From positions 62,001 to 126,000 of the forward strand of contig JAXLNO010000455.1 of NCBI GenBank assembly GCA_038087875.1: a DNA stretch of 64,000 bases, in the 5' to 3' direction. The translations under genes were made by a program, and so were the position numbers. Shown one piece after another: positions 1-16,190 of the stretch (the stretch's first letter is position 1; the number at the start of each line of letters is the position of its first letter). Source of the DNA: Malacoraja senta (Eukaryota). The notes below the pieces were generated by a model that was given only the letters and a program-made list of their open reading frames with translations, did not search any database and had not been told where the DNA came from.

Positions 1-3000
1 CACCTTTTGCATTTTCAAATCAAACCACCTTTTGCATTTTCAAAGCAAATCTTTTGCATTTCCAAATCAAACCTTTTGCATTATCAAAGCAAACCTTTTG
101 CATTTTCAAACAAAACCAACTTTTGTATTTCCAAATCAAACCATCATTTACATTTTCAAACCAAACCTCCTATTGCATTTTCAAACCAATCCAACATTTG
201 CATTTTCAAACAAAACCACCATTTGCATTTTGAAACCAAACCACCATTTGCATTTTTAAACCTAACCACAATTTGCATTTTCAAAGCAAGCATTTTGCAT
301 TTTCATACCAAACCTTTTGCACTTTCAAACCAAACCTTTTGCATTTTCAAACCAAACCACCAATAGCATTTCAAACCAAAGCACCATTTGCATTTTCAAA
401 CAAAATCACCATTTGCATTTTCAAACCAAACCACCTTTGGTGTTTTCAAAACAAACTACCTTTTACATTTTCAAAGCAAACCTTTTGTATTTTCAAAGCA
501 AACCTTTTGCATTTTTGTATTTTCAAACCAAACCACCTTTTGCATTTTGAAAGCAAACCACTTTTTCCATTTTCAAAGCAAACCTTTTGCATTTTCAAAG
601 CAAACGTTTTGCATTTTCAAAGCAAATCGTTTGCATTTACAAACCAAACCACCTTTGCATTTTCAAACCAAAGCACCATTTGCTTATTCGAACAAAATCA
701 CCATTTGCATTTTCAAACAAAACCACCTTTTGCATTTTCAAAGCAAACCACCTTTTGAATTTCCAATGCAAACTTTCGTATTTTCAAAGCAAACTTTTTG
801 CATTTTCAAAGCAAACCTTTGCCTTTTCAAAGCAAACCGTTTGCACTTTCAAACCAAACCATCATTTGAATTTTCACACCAAACCACCATTTGCAATTTC
901 AAATCAAACCACCATTTGCATTTTTAATCCAATTATTTTCCATTTTAGCCAAACCTTTTGCATTTTCAAACGAAACCTTTTGCATTTTCAAACAAAACCA
1001 CCATTTGCATTTTCAAAACCATCAACCATTTGCATTTTCAAACCATACGACCATTTGTATTTTCAAACTAAACCACCATTTACATTTTCAAACCAAACCA
1101 CCATTTGCATTTTAAAACCAAACCACCATTTTCATTTTCAAAGCAAACCTTCATTTGCATTTTTTCAAAGCAAACCTTTTGCATTTTCAAACCAAACCAC
1201 GTTTTGCATTTTCAAACCAAACCACCATTTGCATTTTTAATCCAATTATTTTCCTTTTTAGCCAAACCTTTTGCATTTTCAAACGAAACCTTTTGCATTT
1301 TCAAACAAAACCACCATTTGCATTTTCAAAACCATCAACCATTTGCATTTTCAAACCATACGACCATTTGTATTTTCAAACTAAACCACCATTTACATTT
1401 TCAAACCAAACCACCATTTGCATTTTAAAACCAAACCACCATTTTCATTTTCAAAGCAAACCTTCATTTGCATTTTTTCAAAGCAAACCTTTTGCATTTT
1501 CAAACCAAACCTCGTTTTGCATTTTCAAACCATACGACCATTTGTATTTTCAAACTAAACCACCATTTACATTTTCAAACCAAACCACCATTTCCATTTT
1601 AAAACCAAACCACCATTTTCATTTTCAAAGCAAACCTTCATTTGCATTTTTTCAAAGCAAACCTTTTGCATTTTCAAACCAAACCACGTTTTGCATTTTC
1701 AAACCAAACCACCATTTGCATTTTTAATCCAATTATTTTCCATTTTAGCCAAACCTTTTGCATTTTCAAACGAAACCTTTTGCATTTTCAAACAAAACCA
1801 CCATTTGCATTTTCAAACTAAACCACCATTTACATTTTCAAACCAAACTACCATTTGCATTTTAAAACCATCAACCATTTGCATTTTCAAACCATACGAC
1901 CATTTGTATTTTCAAACTAAACCACCATTTACATTTTCAAACCAAACCACCATTTGCATTTTAAAACCAAACCACCATTTTCATTTTCAAAGCAAACCTT
2001 CATTTGCATTTTTTCAAAGCAAACCTTTTGCATTTTCAAACCAAACCACGTTTTGCATTTTCAAACCAAACCACCATTTGCATTTTTAATCCAATTATTT
2101 TCCATTTTAGCCAAACCTTTTGCATATTCAAGCCAAACGTTTTGCATTTTCAAACCACCATTTGCATTTTCAAACCAAACCACCAAATGCATTTTAAAAC
2201 AAAACCACCATTTGTATATTCAAACCAAACCATCATTTGCATTTTCACACCAAACCACCATTTGCATTTTCACACCAAACCACCATTTGCAATTTCAAAC
2301 CAAACCACCATTTGTATTTTCAAACTAAACCACCATTTACATTTTCAAAGCAAACGTTCATTTCCATTTTTCAAAGCAAACCTTTTGCATTTTCAAAGCA
2401 AACCTTTTGCATTTTCAAAGCAAACCTTTTGCATTTTCAAACCAAATCACCATTTGCATTTTCAAACCAAACCACCATTTGCATATTCAAACAGAACCTT
2501 TTGCATTTTCAAACCATCATTTGCATTTTCAATCCAAACCACCATTAGCATTTTCAAACCAAACCACCATTTGCATTTTCAAGCCGAATCACCATTTGCA
2601 TGTTCAAGGCAAACCTTTTGCATTTTCATACCAAACCTTTAGCATTTTCAATCCAAACCACCATTTGCATTTTCAAACCAAAGCACCATTTTCATTTTCA
2701 AACAAAAGCACCATTTCCATTTTCAAACTAAATCACCGTTTGCATTTTCAAAGCAAACAACCTTTTGAATTTTCAAAGCAAATCTTTCGCATTTTCAAAG
2801 CAAACCATTTGCCTTTTCAAAGCAAAACGTTTGCATTTTCAAACCAATCCATCATTTGCATTTTCACACCAAACTAACCTTTGCAATTTCAAACCAAACC
2901 ACCATTTGCATTTTTAATCCAATCCTTTTCCATTTTCAATCCAAACCTTTTGCATTTTCAAACCAAACCACCATTTCAATTTTCAAACCAAACCACCATT

Positions 3001-6000
3001 TGCATTTTCACACCAAACCACCATTTGCATTTTCAAACGAAACCACCATTTACATTTTCAAACCAAACTACCAAATGCATTTTCAAACCAAACCACCATT
3101 GCTTTTTCAAACCAAACCACCATTTGCATTTTCAAACCAAACCACCATTTGCATTTTGAAACTAAATCACCGTTTGCATTTTCAAAGCAAGCAACCTTTT
3201 GAATTTTCAAAGCAAATCTTTCGCATTTTCAAAGCAAACCTTTTGCATTTTCAAAGCAAACCTTTTGCCTTTTCAAAGCAAACCTTTTGCATTTTAAAAA
3301 CCAATCCATCATTTGCATTTTCACACCAAACCACCATTTGCAATTTCAAACCAAACCACCATTTGAATTTTTAATCCAATCCTTTTCCATTTTCAAACCA
3401 AACCTTTTGCATTTTCAAACAAAACCACCATTTCAATTTTCAAACCAAACCACCTTTTGCATTGTCACACCAAACCACCATTTGCATTTTCCAAGAAAAC
3501 CACCATTTACATTTTCAAACCAAACCACGAAATGCATTTTCAAACCAAACCACCATTTGCTTTTTCAAACCAAACCAGCATTTGCATTTTCAAACAAAAG
3601 CACCATTTGCATTTTCAAACAAAATCACCATTTGCATTTTCAAAGCAAATCTTTCATATTTTCAATGCAAGCTTTTGCATTTTCAAAGCAAACCATTTGC
3701 ATACCAAACCAAACTTTTGCATTTTCAAACCACCATTTGCATTTTCAAACCAGACCACCGTTTACATTTTCAAACGAAACCACCATTTGCATTTTCAAAC
3801 CAAACCACCATTTGCATTTTCAAAGCAAACCTTCATTTGCATTATCAAAGCAAAACTTGCATTTTAAAAGCACACCTTTTGCCTTTTCAAAGCAAACATT
3901 TGCATTTTCAAACCAAACCATCATTTGCATTTTCACACCGAACCACCATTTGCAATTTCAAATCAAACCTCCATTTGCAGTTTTAATCCAATCCATTTCC
4001 ATTTTCAAAGCAAACCTTTTGCATTTACAAACGAAACCTTTTGCATTTTCAATACAAACCACCATTTGCATTTTCAAACCAAACCACCATTTTCATTTTC
4101 AAAGCCAACCTTTATTTGCATTTTAAAAGCAAACCTTCATTTGCATTTTTCAAATCAAACCGTTTGCATTTTCAAAGCAAACCTTTTGCATTTTCAAAGC
4201 AAACCTTTTGCATTTTCAAACCAAATCACCATTTGCAGTTTCAAACCAAACCACCATTTGCATATTCAAACAGAACCTTTTGCATTTTCAAACCATCATT
4301 TGCATTTTCAATCCAAACCACCATTTGCATTTTCAAACCAAAGCACCATTTTCATTTTCAAACAAAAGCACCATTTGCATTTTCAAACATCCCCGTTTGC
4401 ATTTTCAAAGCAAACAACCTTTTGCATTTTCTAAGCAAATCTTTCGCATTTTCAAAGCAAACCTTTTGCATTTTCAAAGCAAACCTTTTGCATTTTCAAA
4501 GCAAACCTTTTGCCTTTTCAAAGCAAACCTTTAGCATTTTCAATCCAAACCACCATTTGCATTTTCAAACTAAACCACCATTTACATTTTCAAACAAAAC
4601 CACCCTTTGCATTTTCAAACCAAACCACCATTTTCATTTTCAAAGCAAACCATAATTTCCATTTTACAAAGCAAACGTTTTGCATTTTCAAAGCAAACGT
4701 TTTGCATTTTCAAAGCAAATCTTTTGCATTTTCAAAGCAAATGCTTTTGCATTTTGAAAGCAAACCTTTTGCATTTTCAAACCAAACCACCTTTTGCATT
4801 TCCAAATCAAGCCACCATTTACATTTTCAAACCAAACCTCCTATTGCATTTTCAAACCAAACTACCTTTTGCATTTTCAAACCAAACCACCCGTTGCATA
4901 TTGAAACCAAACCACCATTTGCATTTTTAAACCTAACCACCATTTGCATTTTCAAAGCAATCCTTTCGCATTTTCAAAGCAAGCCTTTTGCATTTTCATA
5001 CCAAACCATTTGCACTTTCAAACCAAACCTTTTGCATGTTCAAACCAAACCACCATTTGGATGCTCAAACCAAAGCACATTTGCATTTTCAAACAAAATC
5101 ACCATTTGCATTTACATACGTAACCACCATTAACGTTTTCAAACCAATCCACCATATGCATTTTCACACCAAACCACCATTTGCAATTTCAATCCAAACC
5201 ACCATTTGCATTTTTAATCCAATCCTTTTCCATTTTCAAACAAAACCTTTTGCATTTTCAAACCGAACAACCATTTGCATTTTCAAAGCAAACCTTTTGC
5301 ATTTTCAAAGCAAACAACCTTTTGCAGTTTTCATAGCAAACCATCTTTTGCATTTTGATAGCAAACCAACTTTTGCATTTTGATAGCAAACCACCTTTTG
5401 CATTTTCAAATCAAACCACCTTTTGCATTTTCAAAGCAAATCTTTTGCATTTCCAAATCAAACCTTTTGCATTATCAAAGCAAACCTTTTGCATTTTCAA
5501 ACAAAACCAACTTTTGTATTTCCAAATCAAACCATCATTTACATTTTCAAACCAAACCTCCTATTGCATTTTCAAACCAATCCAACATTTGCATTTTCAA
5601 ACAAAACCACCATTTGCATTTTGAAACCAAACCACCATTTGCATTTTAAACCTAACCACAATTTGCATTTTCAAAGCAAGCATTTTGCATTTTCATACCA
5701 AACCTTTTGCACATTCAAACCAAACCTTTTGCATTTTCAAACCAAACCACCAATAGCATTTCAAACCAAAGCACCATTTGCATTTTCAAACAAAATCACC
5801 ATTTGCATTTTCAAACCAAACCACCTTTGGTGTTTTCAAAACAAACTACCTTTTACATTTTCAAAGCAAACCTTTTGTATTTTCAAAGCAAACCTTTTGC
5901 ATTTTTGTATTTTCAAACCAAACCACCTTTTGCATTTTGAAAGCAAACCACTTTTTCCATTTTCAAAGCAAACCTTTTGCATTTTCAAAGCAAACGTTTT

Positions 6001-9000
6001 GCATTTTCAAAGCAAATCGTTTGCATTTACAAACCAAACCACCTTTTGCATTTTCAAACCAAAGCACCATTTGCTTATTCGAACAAAATCACCATTTGCA
6101 TTTTCAAACAAAACCACCTTTTGCATTTTCAAAGCAAACCACCTTTTGAATTTCCAATGCAAACTTTCGTATTTTCAAAGCAAACTTTTTGCATTTTCAA
6201 AGCAAACCTTTGCCTTTTCAAAGCAAACCGTTTGCACTTTCAAACCAAACCATCATTTGAATTTTCACACCAAACCACCATTTGCAATTTCAAATCAAAC
6301 CACCATTTGCATTTTTAATCCAATTATTTTCCATTTTAGCCAAACCTTTTGCATTTTCAAACGAAACCTTTTGCATTTTCAAACAAAACCACCATTTGCA
6401 TTTTCAAAACCATCAACCATTTGCATTTTCAAACCATACGACCATTTGTATTTTCAAACTAAACCACCATTTACATTTTCAAACCAAACCACCATTTGCA
6501 TTTTAAAACCAAACCACCATTTTCATTTTCAAAGCAAACCTTCATTTGCATTTTTTCAAAGCAAACCTTTTACATTTTCAAACCAAACCACGTTTTGCAT
6601 TTTCAAACCAAACCACCATTTGCATTTTTAATCCAATTATTTTCCTTTTTAGCCAAACCTTTTGCATTTTCAAACGAAACCTTTTGCATTTTCAAACAAA
6701 ACCACCATTTGCATTTTCAAAACCATCAACCATTTGCATTTTCAAACCATACGACCATTTGTATTTTCAAACTAAACCACCATTTACATTTTCAAACCAA
6801 ACCACCATTTGCATTTTAAAACCAAACCACCATTTTCATTTTCAAAGCAAACCTTCATTTGCATTTTTTCAAAGCAAACCTTTTGCATTTTCAAACCAAA
6901 CCACGTTTTGCATTTTCAAACCATACGACCATTTGTATATTCAAACTAAACCACCATTTACATTTTCAAACCAAACCACCATTTGCATTTTAAAACCAAA
7001 CCACCATTTTCATTTTCAAAGCAAACCTTCATTTGCATTTTTTCAAAGCAAACCTTTTGCATTTTCAAACCAAACCACGTTTTGCATTTTCAAACCAAAC
7101 CACCATTTGCATTTTTAATCCAATTATTTTCCATTTTAGCCAAACCTTTTGCATTTTCAAACGAAACCTTTTGCATTTTCAAACAAAACCACCATTTGCA
7201 TTTTCAAACTAAACCACCATTTACATTTTCAAACCAAACTACCATTTGCATTTTAAAACCATCAACCATTTGCATTTTCAAACCATACGACCATTTGTAT
7301 TTTCAAACTAAACCACCATTTACATTTTCAAACCAAACCACCATTTGCATTTTAAAACCAAACCACCATTTTCATTTTCAAAGCAAACCTTCATTTGCAT
7401 TTTTTCAAAGCAAACCTTTTGCATTTTCAAACCAAACCACGTTTTGCATTTTCAAACCAAACCACCATTTGCATTTTTAATCCAATTATTTTCCATTTTA
7501 GCCAAACCTTTTGCATATTCAAGCCAAACGTTTTGCATTTTCAAACCACCATTTGCATTTTCAAACCAAACCACCAAATGCATTTTAAAACAAAACCACC
7601 ATTTGTATATTCAAACCAAACCATCATTTGCATTTTCACACCAAACCACCATTTGCATTTTCACACCAAACCACCATTTGCAATTTCAAACAAAACCACC
7701 ATTTGTATTTTCAAACTAAACCACCATTTACATTTTCAAAGCAAACGTTCATTTCCATTTTTCAAAGCAAACCTTTTGCATTTTCAAAGCAAACCTTTTG
7801 CATTTTCAAAGCAAACCTTTTGCATTTTCAAACCAAATCACCATTTGCATTTTCAAACCAAACCACCATTTGCATATTCAAACAGAACCTTTTGCATTTT
7901 CGAACCATCATTTGCATTTTCAATCCAAACCACCATTAGCATTTTCAAACCAAACCACCATTTGCATTTTCAAGCCAAATCACCATTTGCATGTTCAAGG
8001 CAAACCTTTTGCATTTTCATACCAAACCTTTAGCATTTTCAATCCAAACCACCATTTGCATTTTCAAACCAAAGCACCATTTTCATTTTCAAACAAAAGC
8101 ACCATTTCCATTTTCAAACTAAATCACCGTTTGCATTTTCAAAGCAAACAACCTTTTGAATTTTCAAAGCAAATCTTTCGCATTTTCAAAGCAAACCATT
8201 TGCCTTTTCAAAGCAAACCGTTTGCATTTTCAAACCAATCCATCATTTGCATTTTCACACCAAACTAACCTTTGCAATTTCAAACCAAACCACCATTTGC
8301 ATTTTTAATCCAATCCTTTTCCATTTTCAATCCAAACCTTTTGCATTTTCAAACCAAACCACCATTTCAATTTTCAAACCAAACCACCATTTGCATTTTC
8401 ACACCAAACCACCATTTGCATTTTCAAACGAAACCACCATTTACATTTTCAAACCAAACTACCAAATGCATTTTCAAACCAAACCACCATTGCTTTTTCA
8501 AACCAAACCACCATTTGCATTTTCAAACCAAACCACCATTTGCATTTTCAAACCAAAGCACCATTTGCATTTGCAAACAAAATCACCATTTGCATTTTGA
8601 AACTAAATCACCGTTTGCATTTTCAAAGCAAGCAACCTTTTTGAATTTTCAAAGCAAATCTTTCGCATTTTCAAAGCAAACCTTTTGCATTTTCAAAGCA
8701 AACCTTTTGCCTTTTCAAAGCAAACCTTTTGCATTTTAAAAACCAATCCATCATTTGCATTTTCACACCAAACCACCATTTGCAATTTCAAACCAAACCA
8801 CCATTTGAATTTTTAATCCAATCCTTTTCCATTTTCAAACCAAACCTTTTGCATTTTCAAACAAAACCACCATTTCAATTTTCAAACCAAACCACCTTTT
8901 GCATTGTCACACCAAACCACCATTTGCATTTTCCAAGAAAACCACCATTTACATTTTCAAACCAAACCACGAAATGCATTTTCAAACCAAACCACCATTT

Positions 9001-10928
9001 GCTTTTTCAAACCAAACCAGCATTTGCATTTTCAAACAAAAGCACCATTTGCATTTTCAAACAAAATCACCATTTGCATTTTCAAAGCAAATCTTTCATA
9101 TTTTCAATGCAAGCTTTTGCATTTTCAAAGCAAACCATTTGCATACCAAACCAAACTTTTGCATTTTCAAACCACCATTTGCATTTTCAAACCAGACCAC
9201 CGTTTACATTTTCAAACGAAACCACCATTTGCATTTTCAAACCAAACCACCATTTGCATTTTCAAAGCAAACCTTCATTTGCATTTTCAAAGCAAAACTT
9301 GCATTTTAAAAGCACACCTTTTGCCTTTTCAAAGCAAACATTTGCATTTTCAAACCAAACCATCATTTGCATTTTCACACCGAACCACCATTTGCAATTT
9401 CAAATCAAACCTCCATTTGCAGTTTTAATCCAATCCATTTCCATTTTCAAAGCAAACCTTTTGCATTTACAAACGAAACCTTTTGCATTTTCAATACAAA
9501 CCACCATTTGCATTTTCAAACCAAACCACCATTTTCATTTTCAAAGCCAACCTTTATTTGCATTTTAAAAGCAAACCTTCATTTGCATTTTTCAAATCAA
9601 ACCGTTTGCATTTTCAAAGCAAACCTTTTGCATTTTCAAAGCAAACCTTTTGCATTTTCAAACCAAATCACCATTTGCAGTTTCAAACCAAACCACCATT
9701 TGCATATTCAAACAGAACCTTTTGCATTTTCAAACCATCATTTGCATTTTCAATCCAAACCACCATTTGCATTTTCAAACCAAAGCACCATTTTCATTTT
9801 CAAACAAAAGCACCATTTGCATTTTCAAACATCCCCGTTTGCATTTTCAAAGCAAACAACCTTTTGCATTTTCTAAGCAAATCTTTCGCATTTTCAAAGC
9901 AAACCTTTTGCATTTTCAAAGCAAACCTTTTGCATTTTCAAAGCAAACCTTTTGCCTTTTCAAAGCAAACCTTTAGCATTTTCAATCCAAACCACCATTT
10001 GCATTTTCAAACTAAACCACCATTTACATTTTCAAACAAAACCACCATTTGCATTTTCAAACCAAACCACCATTTTCATTTTCAAAGCAAACCTTAATTT
10101 CCATTTTACAAAGCAAACCTTTTGCATTTTCAAAGCAAACGTTTTGCATTTTCAAAGCAAATCTTTTGCATTTTCAAAGCAAATGCTTTTGCATTTTGAA
10201 AGCAAACCTTTTGCATTTTCAAACCAAACCACCTTTTGCATTTCCAAATCAAGCCACCATTTACATTTTCAAACCAAACCTCCTATTGCATTTTCAAACC
10301 AAACTACCTTTTGCATTTTCAAACCAAACCACCCGTTGCATATTGAAACCAAACCACCATTTGAATTTTTAAACCTAACCACCATTTGCATTTTCAAAGC
10401 AATCCTTTCGCATTTTCAAAGCAAGCCTTTTGCATTTTCATAGCAAACCATTTGCACTTTCAAACCAAACCTTTTGCATGTTCAAACCAAACCACCATTT
10501 GGATGCTCAAACCAAAGCACATTTGCATTTTCAAACAAAATCACCATTTGCATTTACATACGTAACCACCATTAACGTTTTCAAACCAATCCACCATATG
10601 CATTTTCACACCAAACCACCATTTGCAATTTCAATCCAAACCACCATTTGCATTTTTAATCCAATCCTTTTCCATTTTCAAACAAAACCTTTTGCATTTT
10701 CAAACCGAACAACCATTTGCATTTTCAAAGCAAACCTTTTGCATTTTCAAAGCAAACAACCTTTTGCAGTTTTCATAGCAAACCATCTTTTGCATTTTGA
10801 TAGCAAACCAACTTTTGCATTTTGATAGCAAACCACCTTTTGCATTTTCAAATCAAACCACCTTTTGCATTTTCAAAGCAAATCTTTTGCATTTCCAAAT
10901 CAAACCTTTTGCATTATCAAAGCAAACC
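1..10928. repeat. Higher-order tandem duplication, period ~5.4 kb
   Basis: The window start recurs at 5392 and 10834. Near-identical ORF-track peptides are offset by 5391 (891/6282) and 5442 (3287/8729); copy 2 has a ~50 bp insertion near 8530-8590. Confidence 0.93.
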
Positions 10929-11950
10929 ATTTGCATTTTCAAACATCCCCGTTTGCATTTTCAAAGCAAACAACCTTTTGCATTTTCTAAGCAAATCTTT
11001 CGCATTTTCAAAGCAAACCTTTTGCATTTTCAAAGCAAACCTTTTGCATTTTCAAAGCAAACCTTTTGCCTTTTCAAAGCAAACCTTTAGCATTTTCAAT
11101 CCAAACCACCATTTGCATTTTCAAATTAAACCACCATTTACATTTTCAAACAAAACCACCATTTGCATTTTCAAACCAAACCACCATTTTCATTTTCAAA
11201 GCAAACCTTAATTTCCATTTTACAAAGCAAACCTTTTGCATTTTCAAAGCAAACGTTTTGCATTTTCAAAGCAAATCTTTTGCATTTTCAAAGCAAATGC
11301 TTTTGCATTTTGAAAGCAAACCTTTTGCATTTTCAAAACAAACCACCTTTTGCATTTCCAAATCAAGCCACCATTTACATTTTCAAACCAAACCTCCTAT
11401 TGCATTTTCAAACCAAACTACCTTTTGCATTTTCAAACCAAACCACCCGTTGCATATTGAAACCAAACCACCATTTGCATTTTAAAACCTAACCACCATT
11501 TGCATTTTCAAAACAATCCTTTTGCATTTTCAAAGCACGCCTTTCGAATTTTTATACCAAACCCTTTGCACTTTCAAACCAAACCTTTTGCATGTTCAAA
11601 CCATACCACCATTTGGATGCTCAAACCAAAGCACATTTGCATTTTCAAACAAAATCTCCATTTGCATTTACATACCTAACCACCATTAACGTTTTCAAAC
11701 CAATCCACCATATGCATTTTCACACCAAACCACCATTTGCAATTTCAATTCAAACCACCATTTGCATTTTTAATCCAATCCTTTTCCATTTTCAAACCAA
11801 ACCTTTTGCATTTTCAAACCGAACCACCATTTGCATTTTCAAAGCAAACCTTTTGGATTTTCAAAGCAAACAACCATTTGCATTTTTCATAGCAAACCAT
11901 CTTTTGCATTTTGATAGCAAACCAACTTTTGCATTTTGATAGCAAACCAC
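9810..11950. repeat. Higher-order tandem duplication, period 1114 bp
   Basis: The rare marker CAAACATCCCCGTTTGC and ORFs 9952/11066 and 10049/11163 are offset by 1114. Boundaries approximate. Confidence 0.85.
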
Positions 11951-14528
11951 CTTTTGCATTTTCAAATCAAACCACCTTTTGTATTTTCAAAGCAAATCTT
12001 TTGCATTTCCAAATCAAACGTTTTGCATTATCAAGGCAAACCTTTTGCATTTTCAAACAAAACCAACTTTTGTATTTCCGAAACAAACCATCATTTACAT
12101 TTTCAAACCAAACCTCCTATTGCATTTTCAAACCAATCCAACATTTGCATTTTCAAACAAAACCACCATTTGCATTTTCAAACCAAACCACCATTTGCAT
12201 TTTTAAACCTAACCACAATTTGCTTTTTCAAAGCAGACCTTTTGCATTTTCAAAGCAAGCATTTTGCATTTTCATACCAAACCTTTTGCACTTTCAAACC
12301 AAACCTTTTGCATTTTCAAACCAGACCACCAATAGCATTTCAAACCAAAGCACCATTTGCATTTTCAAACAAAATCACCATTTGCATTTTCAAACCAAAC
12401 CACCTTTGGTGTTTTCAAAACGAACTACCTTTTACATTTTCAAAGCAAACCTTTTGTATTTTCAAAGCAAACCTTTTGCATTTTTGTATTTTCAAACCAA
12501 ACCACCTTTTGCATTTTGAAAGCAAACCACTTTTTCCATTTTCAAAGCAAACCTTTTGCATTTTCAATGCAAACGTATGCATTTTCAAAGCAAATCGTTT
12601 GCATTTACGAACCAAACCACCTTTTGCATTATCAAACCAAAGCACCATTTGCTTATTCAAACAAAATCACCATTTGCATTTTCAAACAAAACCACCTTTT
12701 GCATTTTCAAAGCCAACCACCTTTTGAATTTTCAATGCAAATCTTTCGTATTTTCAAAGCAAACTTTTTGCATTTTCAAAGCAAACCTTTGCCTTTTCAA
12801 AGCAAACCGTTTGCATTTTCAAATCAAACCACCATTTGCATTTTTAATCCAATTATTTTCCATTTTAGCCATTCCTTTTGCATTTTCAAACGAAACCTTT
12901 TGCATTTTCAAACAAAACCACCATTTGCATTTTCAAACCCATCAACCATTTGCATTTTCAAACCATACCACCATTTGTATTTTCAAACTAAACCACCATT
13001 TACATTTTCAAACTAAACCACCTTTTTGAATTTTAAAACCAAACCACCATTTTCATTTTCAAAGCAAACCCTCATTTCCATTTTTCAAAGCAAACATTTT
13101 GCATTTTCAAAGCAAACCTTTTGCATTTTCAAAGCAAACCTTTTGCATTTTCAAACCAAACCACGTTTTGCAATTTCAAACCAAACCACCATTTGCATTT
13201 TCAAGCCAAACGTTTTGCATTTTCAAACCACCATTTGCATTTTCAAACAAAACCACCATATGCATTTTCAAACAAAACCACCATTTGCATTTTCAAACCA
13301 AACCGTAATTTGCATTTTCACACCAAACCACCATTTGCAATTTCAAACCAAACCACCATTTGTATTTTCAAACTAATTCACCATTTACATTTTCAATCAA
13401 ACCACCATTTGCATTTTCAAACCAAACCACCTTTTTCATTTTCAAAGCAAACCTTCATTTCCATTTTTCAAAGCAAACCTTTTGCATTTTCAAAGCAAAC
13501 CTTTTGCATTTTCAAAGCAAACCTTTTGCATTTTCAAACCAAATCACCGTTTGCATTTTCAAAGCAAGCAACCTTTTGAATTTTCAAAGCAAATCTTTTG
13601 CCTTTTCAAAGCAAACCATTTGCATTTTCAAAGCAAACCTTTTGTCTTTTCAAAGCAAACCTTTTGCATTTTCAAACCAATCCATCATTTGCATTTTCAC
13701 ACCAAACCACCATTTGCATTTTCAAACCAAACCACCATTTACATTTTCAAACCAAACTACCAAATGCATTTTCAAACCAAACCACCATTGCTTTTTCAAA
13801 CCAAACCACCATTTGCATTTTCAAACCAAAGCACCATTTGCATTTTCAAACCAAAGGATTATTTGCATTTTCAAACAAAATCACCATTTGCATTTTCAAA
13901 CTAAATCACCGTTTGCATTTTCAAAGCAAGCAACCTTTTGAATTTCAAACCAAACCACCATTTGAATTTTTAATCCAATCCTTTTCCATTTTCAAACCAA
14001 ACCTTTTGCATTTTCAAACAAAACCACCATTTCAATGTTCAAACCAAACCACCATTTGCATTGTCACACCAAACCACCATTTGCATTTTCAAACGAAACC
14101 ACCATTTACATTTTCAAACCAAACCACCAAATGCATTTTCAAACCAAACCACCATTTGCTTTTTCAAACCAAACCAGCATTTGCATTTTCAAACCTAAGC
14201 ACCATTTGCATTTTCAAACAAAATCACCATTTGCATTTTCAAAGCAAATCTTTCATATTTTCAATGCAAACTTTTGCATTTTCAAAGCAAACCATTTGCA
14301 TATCCAAACCAAACCTTTTGTATTTTCAAACCACCATTTGTATTTTCAAACCAAACCACCATTTACATTTTCAAACGAAACCACCATTTGCATTTTCAAA
14401 CCAAACCACCATTTGCATTTTCAAAGCAAACCTTCATTTGCATTTTCAAAGCAAAACTTTTTGCATTTTAAAAGCACACCTTTTGCCTTTTCAAAGCAAA
14501 CTTTTGCATTTTCAAACCAAACCATCAT

Positions 14529-16190
14529 TTGCATTTTCACACCGAACCACCATTTGCAATTTCAAATAAAACCTCCATTTGCAGTTTTAATCCAGCCATT
14601 TCCATTTTCAAAACAAACCTTTTGCATTTTCAAACGAAACCTTTTGCATTTTCAATACAAACCACCATTTGCATTTTCAAACCAAACCACCATTTTCCTT
14701 TTCAAAGCCAACCTTTATTTGCATTTTCAAAGCAAACCTTCATTTGCATTTTTCAAATAAAACCGTTTGCATTTTCAAAGCAAACCTTATGCATTTTCAA
14801 AGCAAACCTTTTGCTTTTTCAAAACAAATCACCATTTGCATTTTGAAACCAAACAACTATTTGCATTTTCAAACCAAACCACCATTTCCATTTTCAAACC
14901 AAACCTTTTGCATTTTCAAACCACCATTTGCATTTTCAAACCAAACCCGCATTTGCATTTTTCAAATCAAACCGTTTGCATTTTCAAAGCAAACCTTATG
15001 CATTTTCAAAGCAAACCTTTTGAATTTTCAGACCAAACCACCATTTGCAATTTCAAACCAAACCACCATTTGCATTTTTAATCCAATCCCCTTCCATTTT
15101 CAAACCTAACATTTTGCATTTTCAAACCAAACCACCATTTGCATTTTCAAACCAAACCAACATTTGCATGTTCACAACAAAGCAACGTTTGCATTTTCAA
15201 ACTAAACCACCATTTACATTTTCAACCAAAGCACCATTTTCATTTTCAAACCAAACCACCATTTGCATTTTCAAAGCAAACGTTAATTTGCATTTTCAAA
15301 GCAAACCTTTTGCATTTTCAAAGCAAACCTTTTGCATTTTCAAACCAAATCACCATTTGCATTTTCACACCGAACCACCATTTGCAATTTCAAATCAAAC
15401 CTCCATTTGCAGTTTTAATCCAGCCATTTCCATTTTCAAAACAAACCTTTTGCATTTTCAAACGAAACCTTTTGCATTTTCAATACAAACCACCATTTGC
15501 ATTTTCAAACCAAACCACCATTTTCCTTTTCAAAGCCAACCTTTATTTGCATTTTCAAAGCAAACCTTCATTTGCATTTTTCAAATAAAACCGTTTGCAT
15601 TTTCAAAGCAAACCTTATGCATTTTCAAAGCAAACCTTTTGCTTTTTCAAAACAAATCACCATTTGCATTTTGAAACCAAACAACTATTTGCATTTTCAA
15701 ACCAAACCACCATTTCCATTTTCAAACCAAACCTTTTGCATTTTCAAACCACCATTTGCATTTTCAAACCAAACCCGCATTTGCATTTTTCAAATCAAAC
15801 CGTTTGCATTTTCAAAGCAAACCTTATGCATTTTCAAAGCAAACCTTTTGAATTTTCAGACCAAACCACCATTTGCAATTTCAAACCAAAACACCATTTG
15901 CATTTTTAATCCAATCCCCTTCCATTTTCAAACCTAACATTTTGCATTTTCAAACCAAACCACCATTTGCATTTTCAAACCAAACCAACATTTGCATGTT
16001 CACAACAAAGCACCGTTTGCATTTTCAAACTAAACCACCATTTACATTTTCAACCAAAGCACCATTTTCATTTTCAAACCAAACCACCATTTGCATTTTC
16101 AAAGCAAACGTTAATTTGCATTTTCAAAGCAAACCTTTTGCATTTTCAAAGCAAACCTTTTGCATTTTCAAACCAAATCACCATTTGCAT
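14529..16190. repeat. Higher-order tandem duplication, period 828 bp
   Basis: ORFs 14669/15497, 14767/15595 and 15045/15873 are all offset by 828. More diverged copies lie near 18046 and 20374. Confidence 0.88.
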
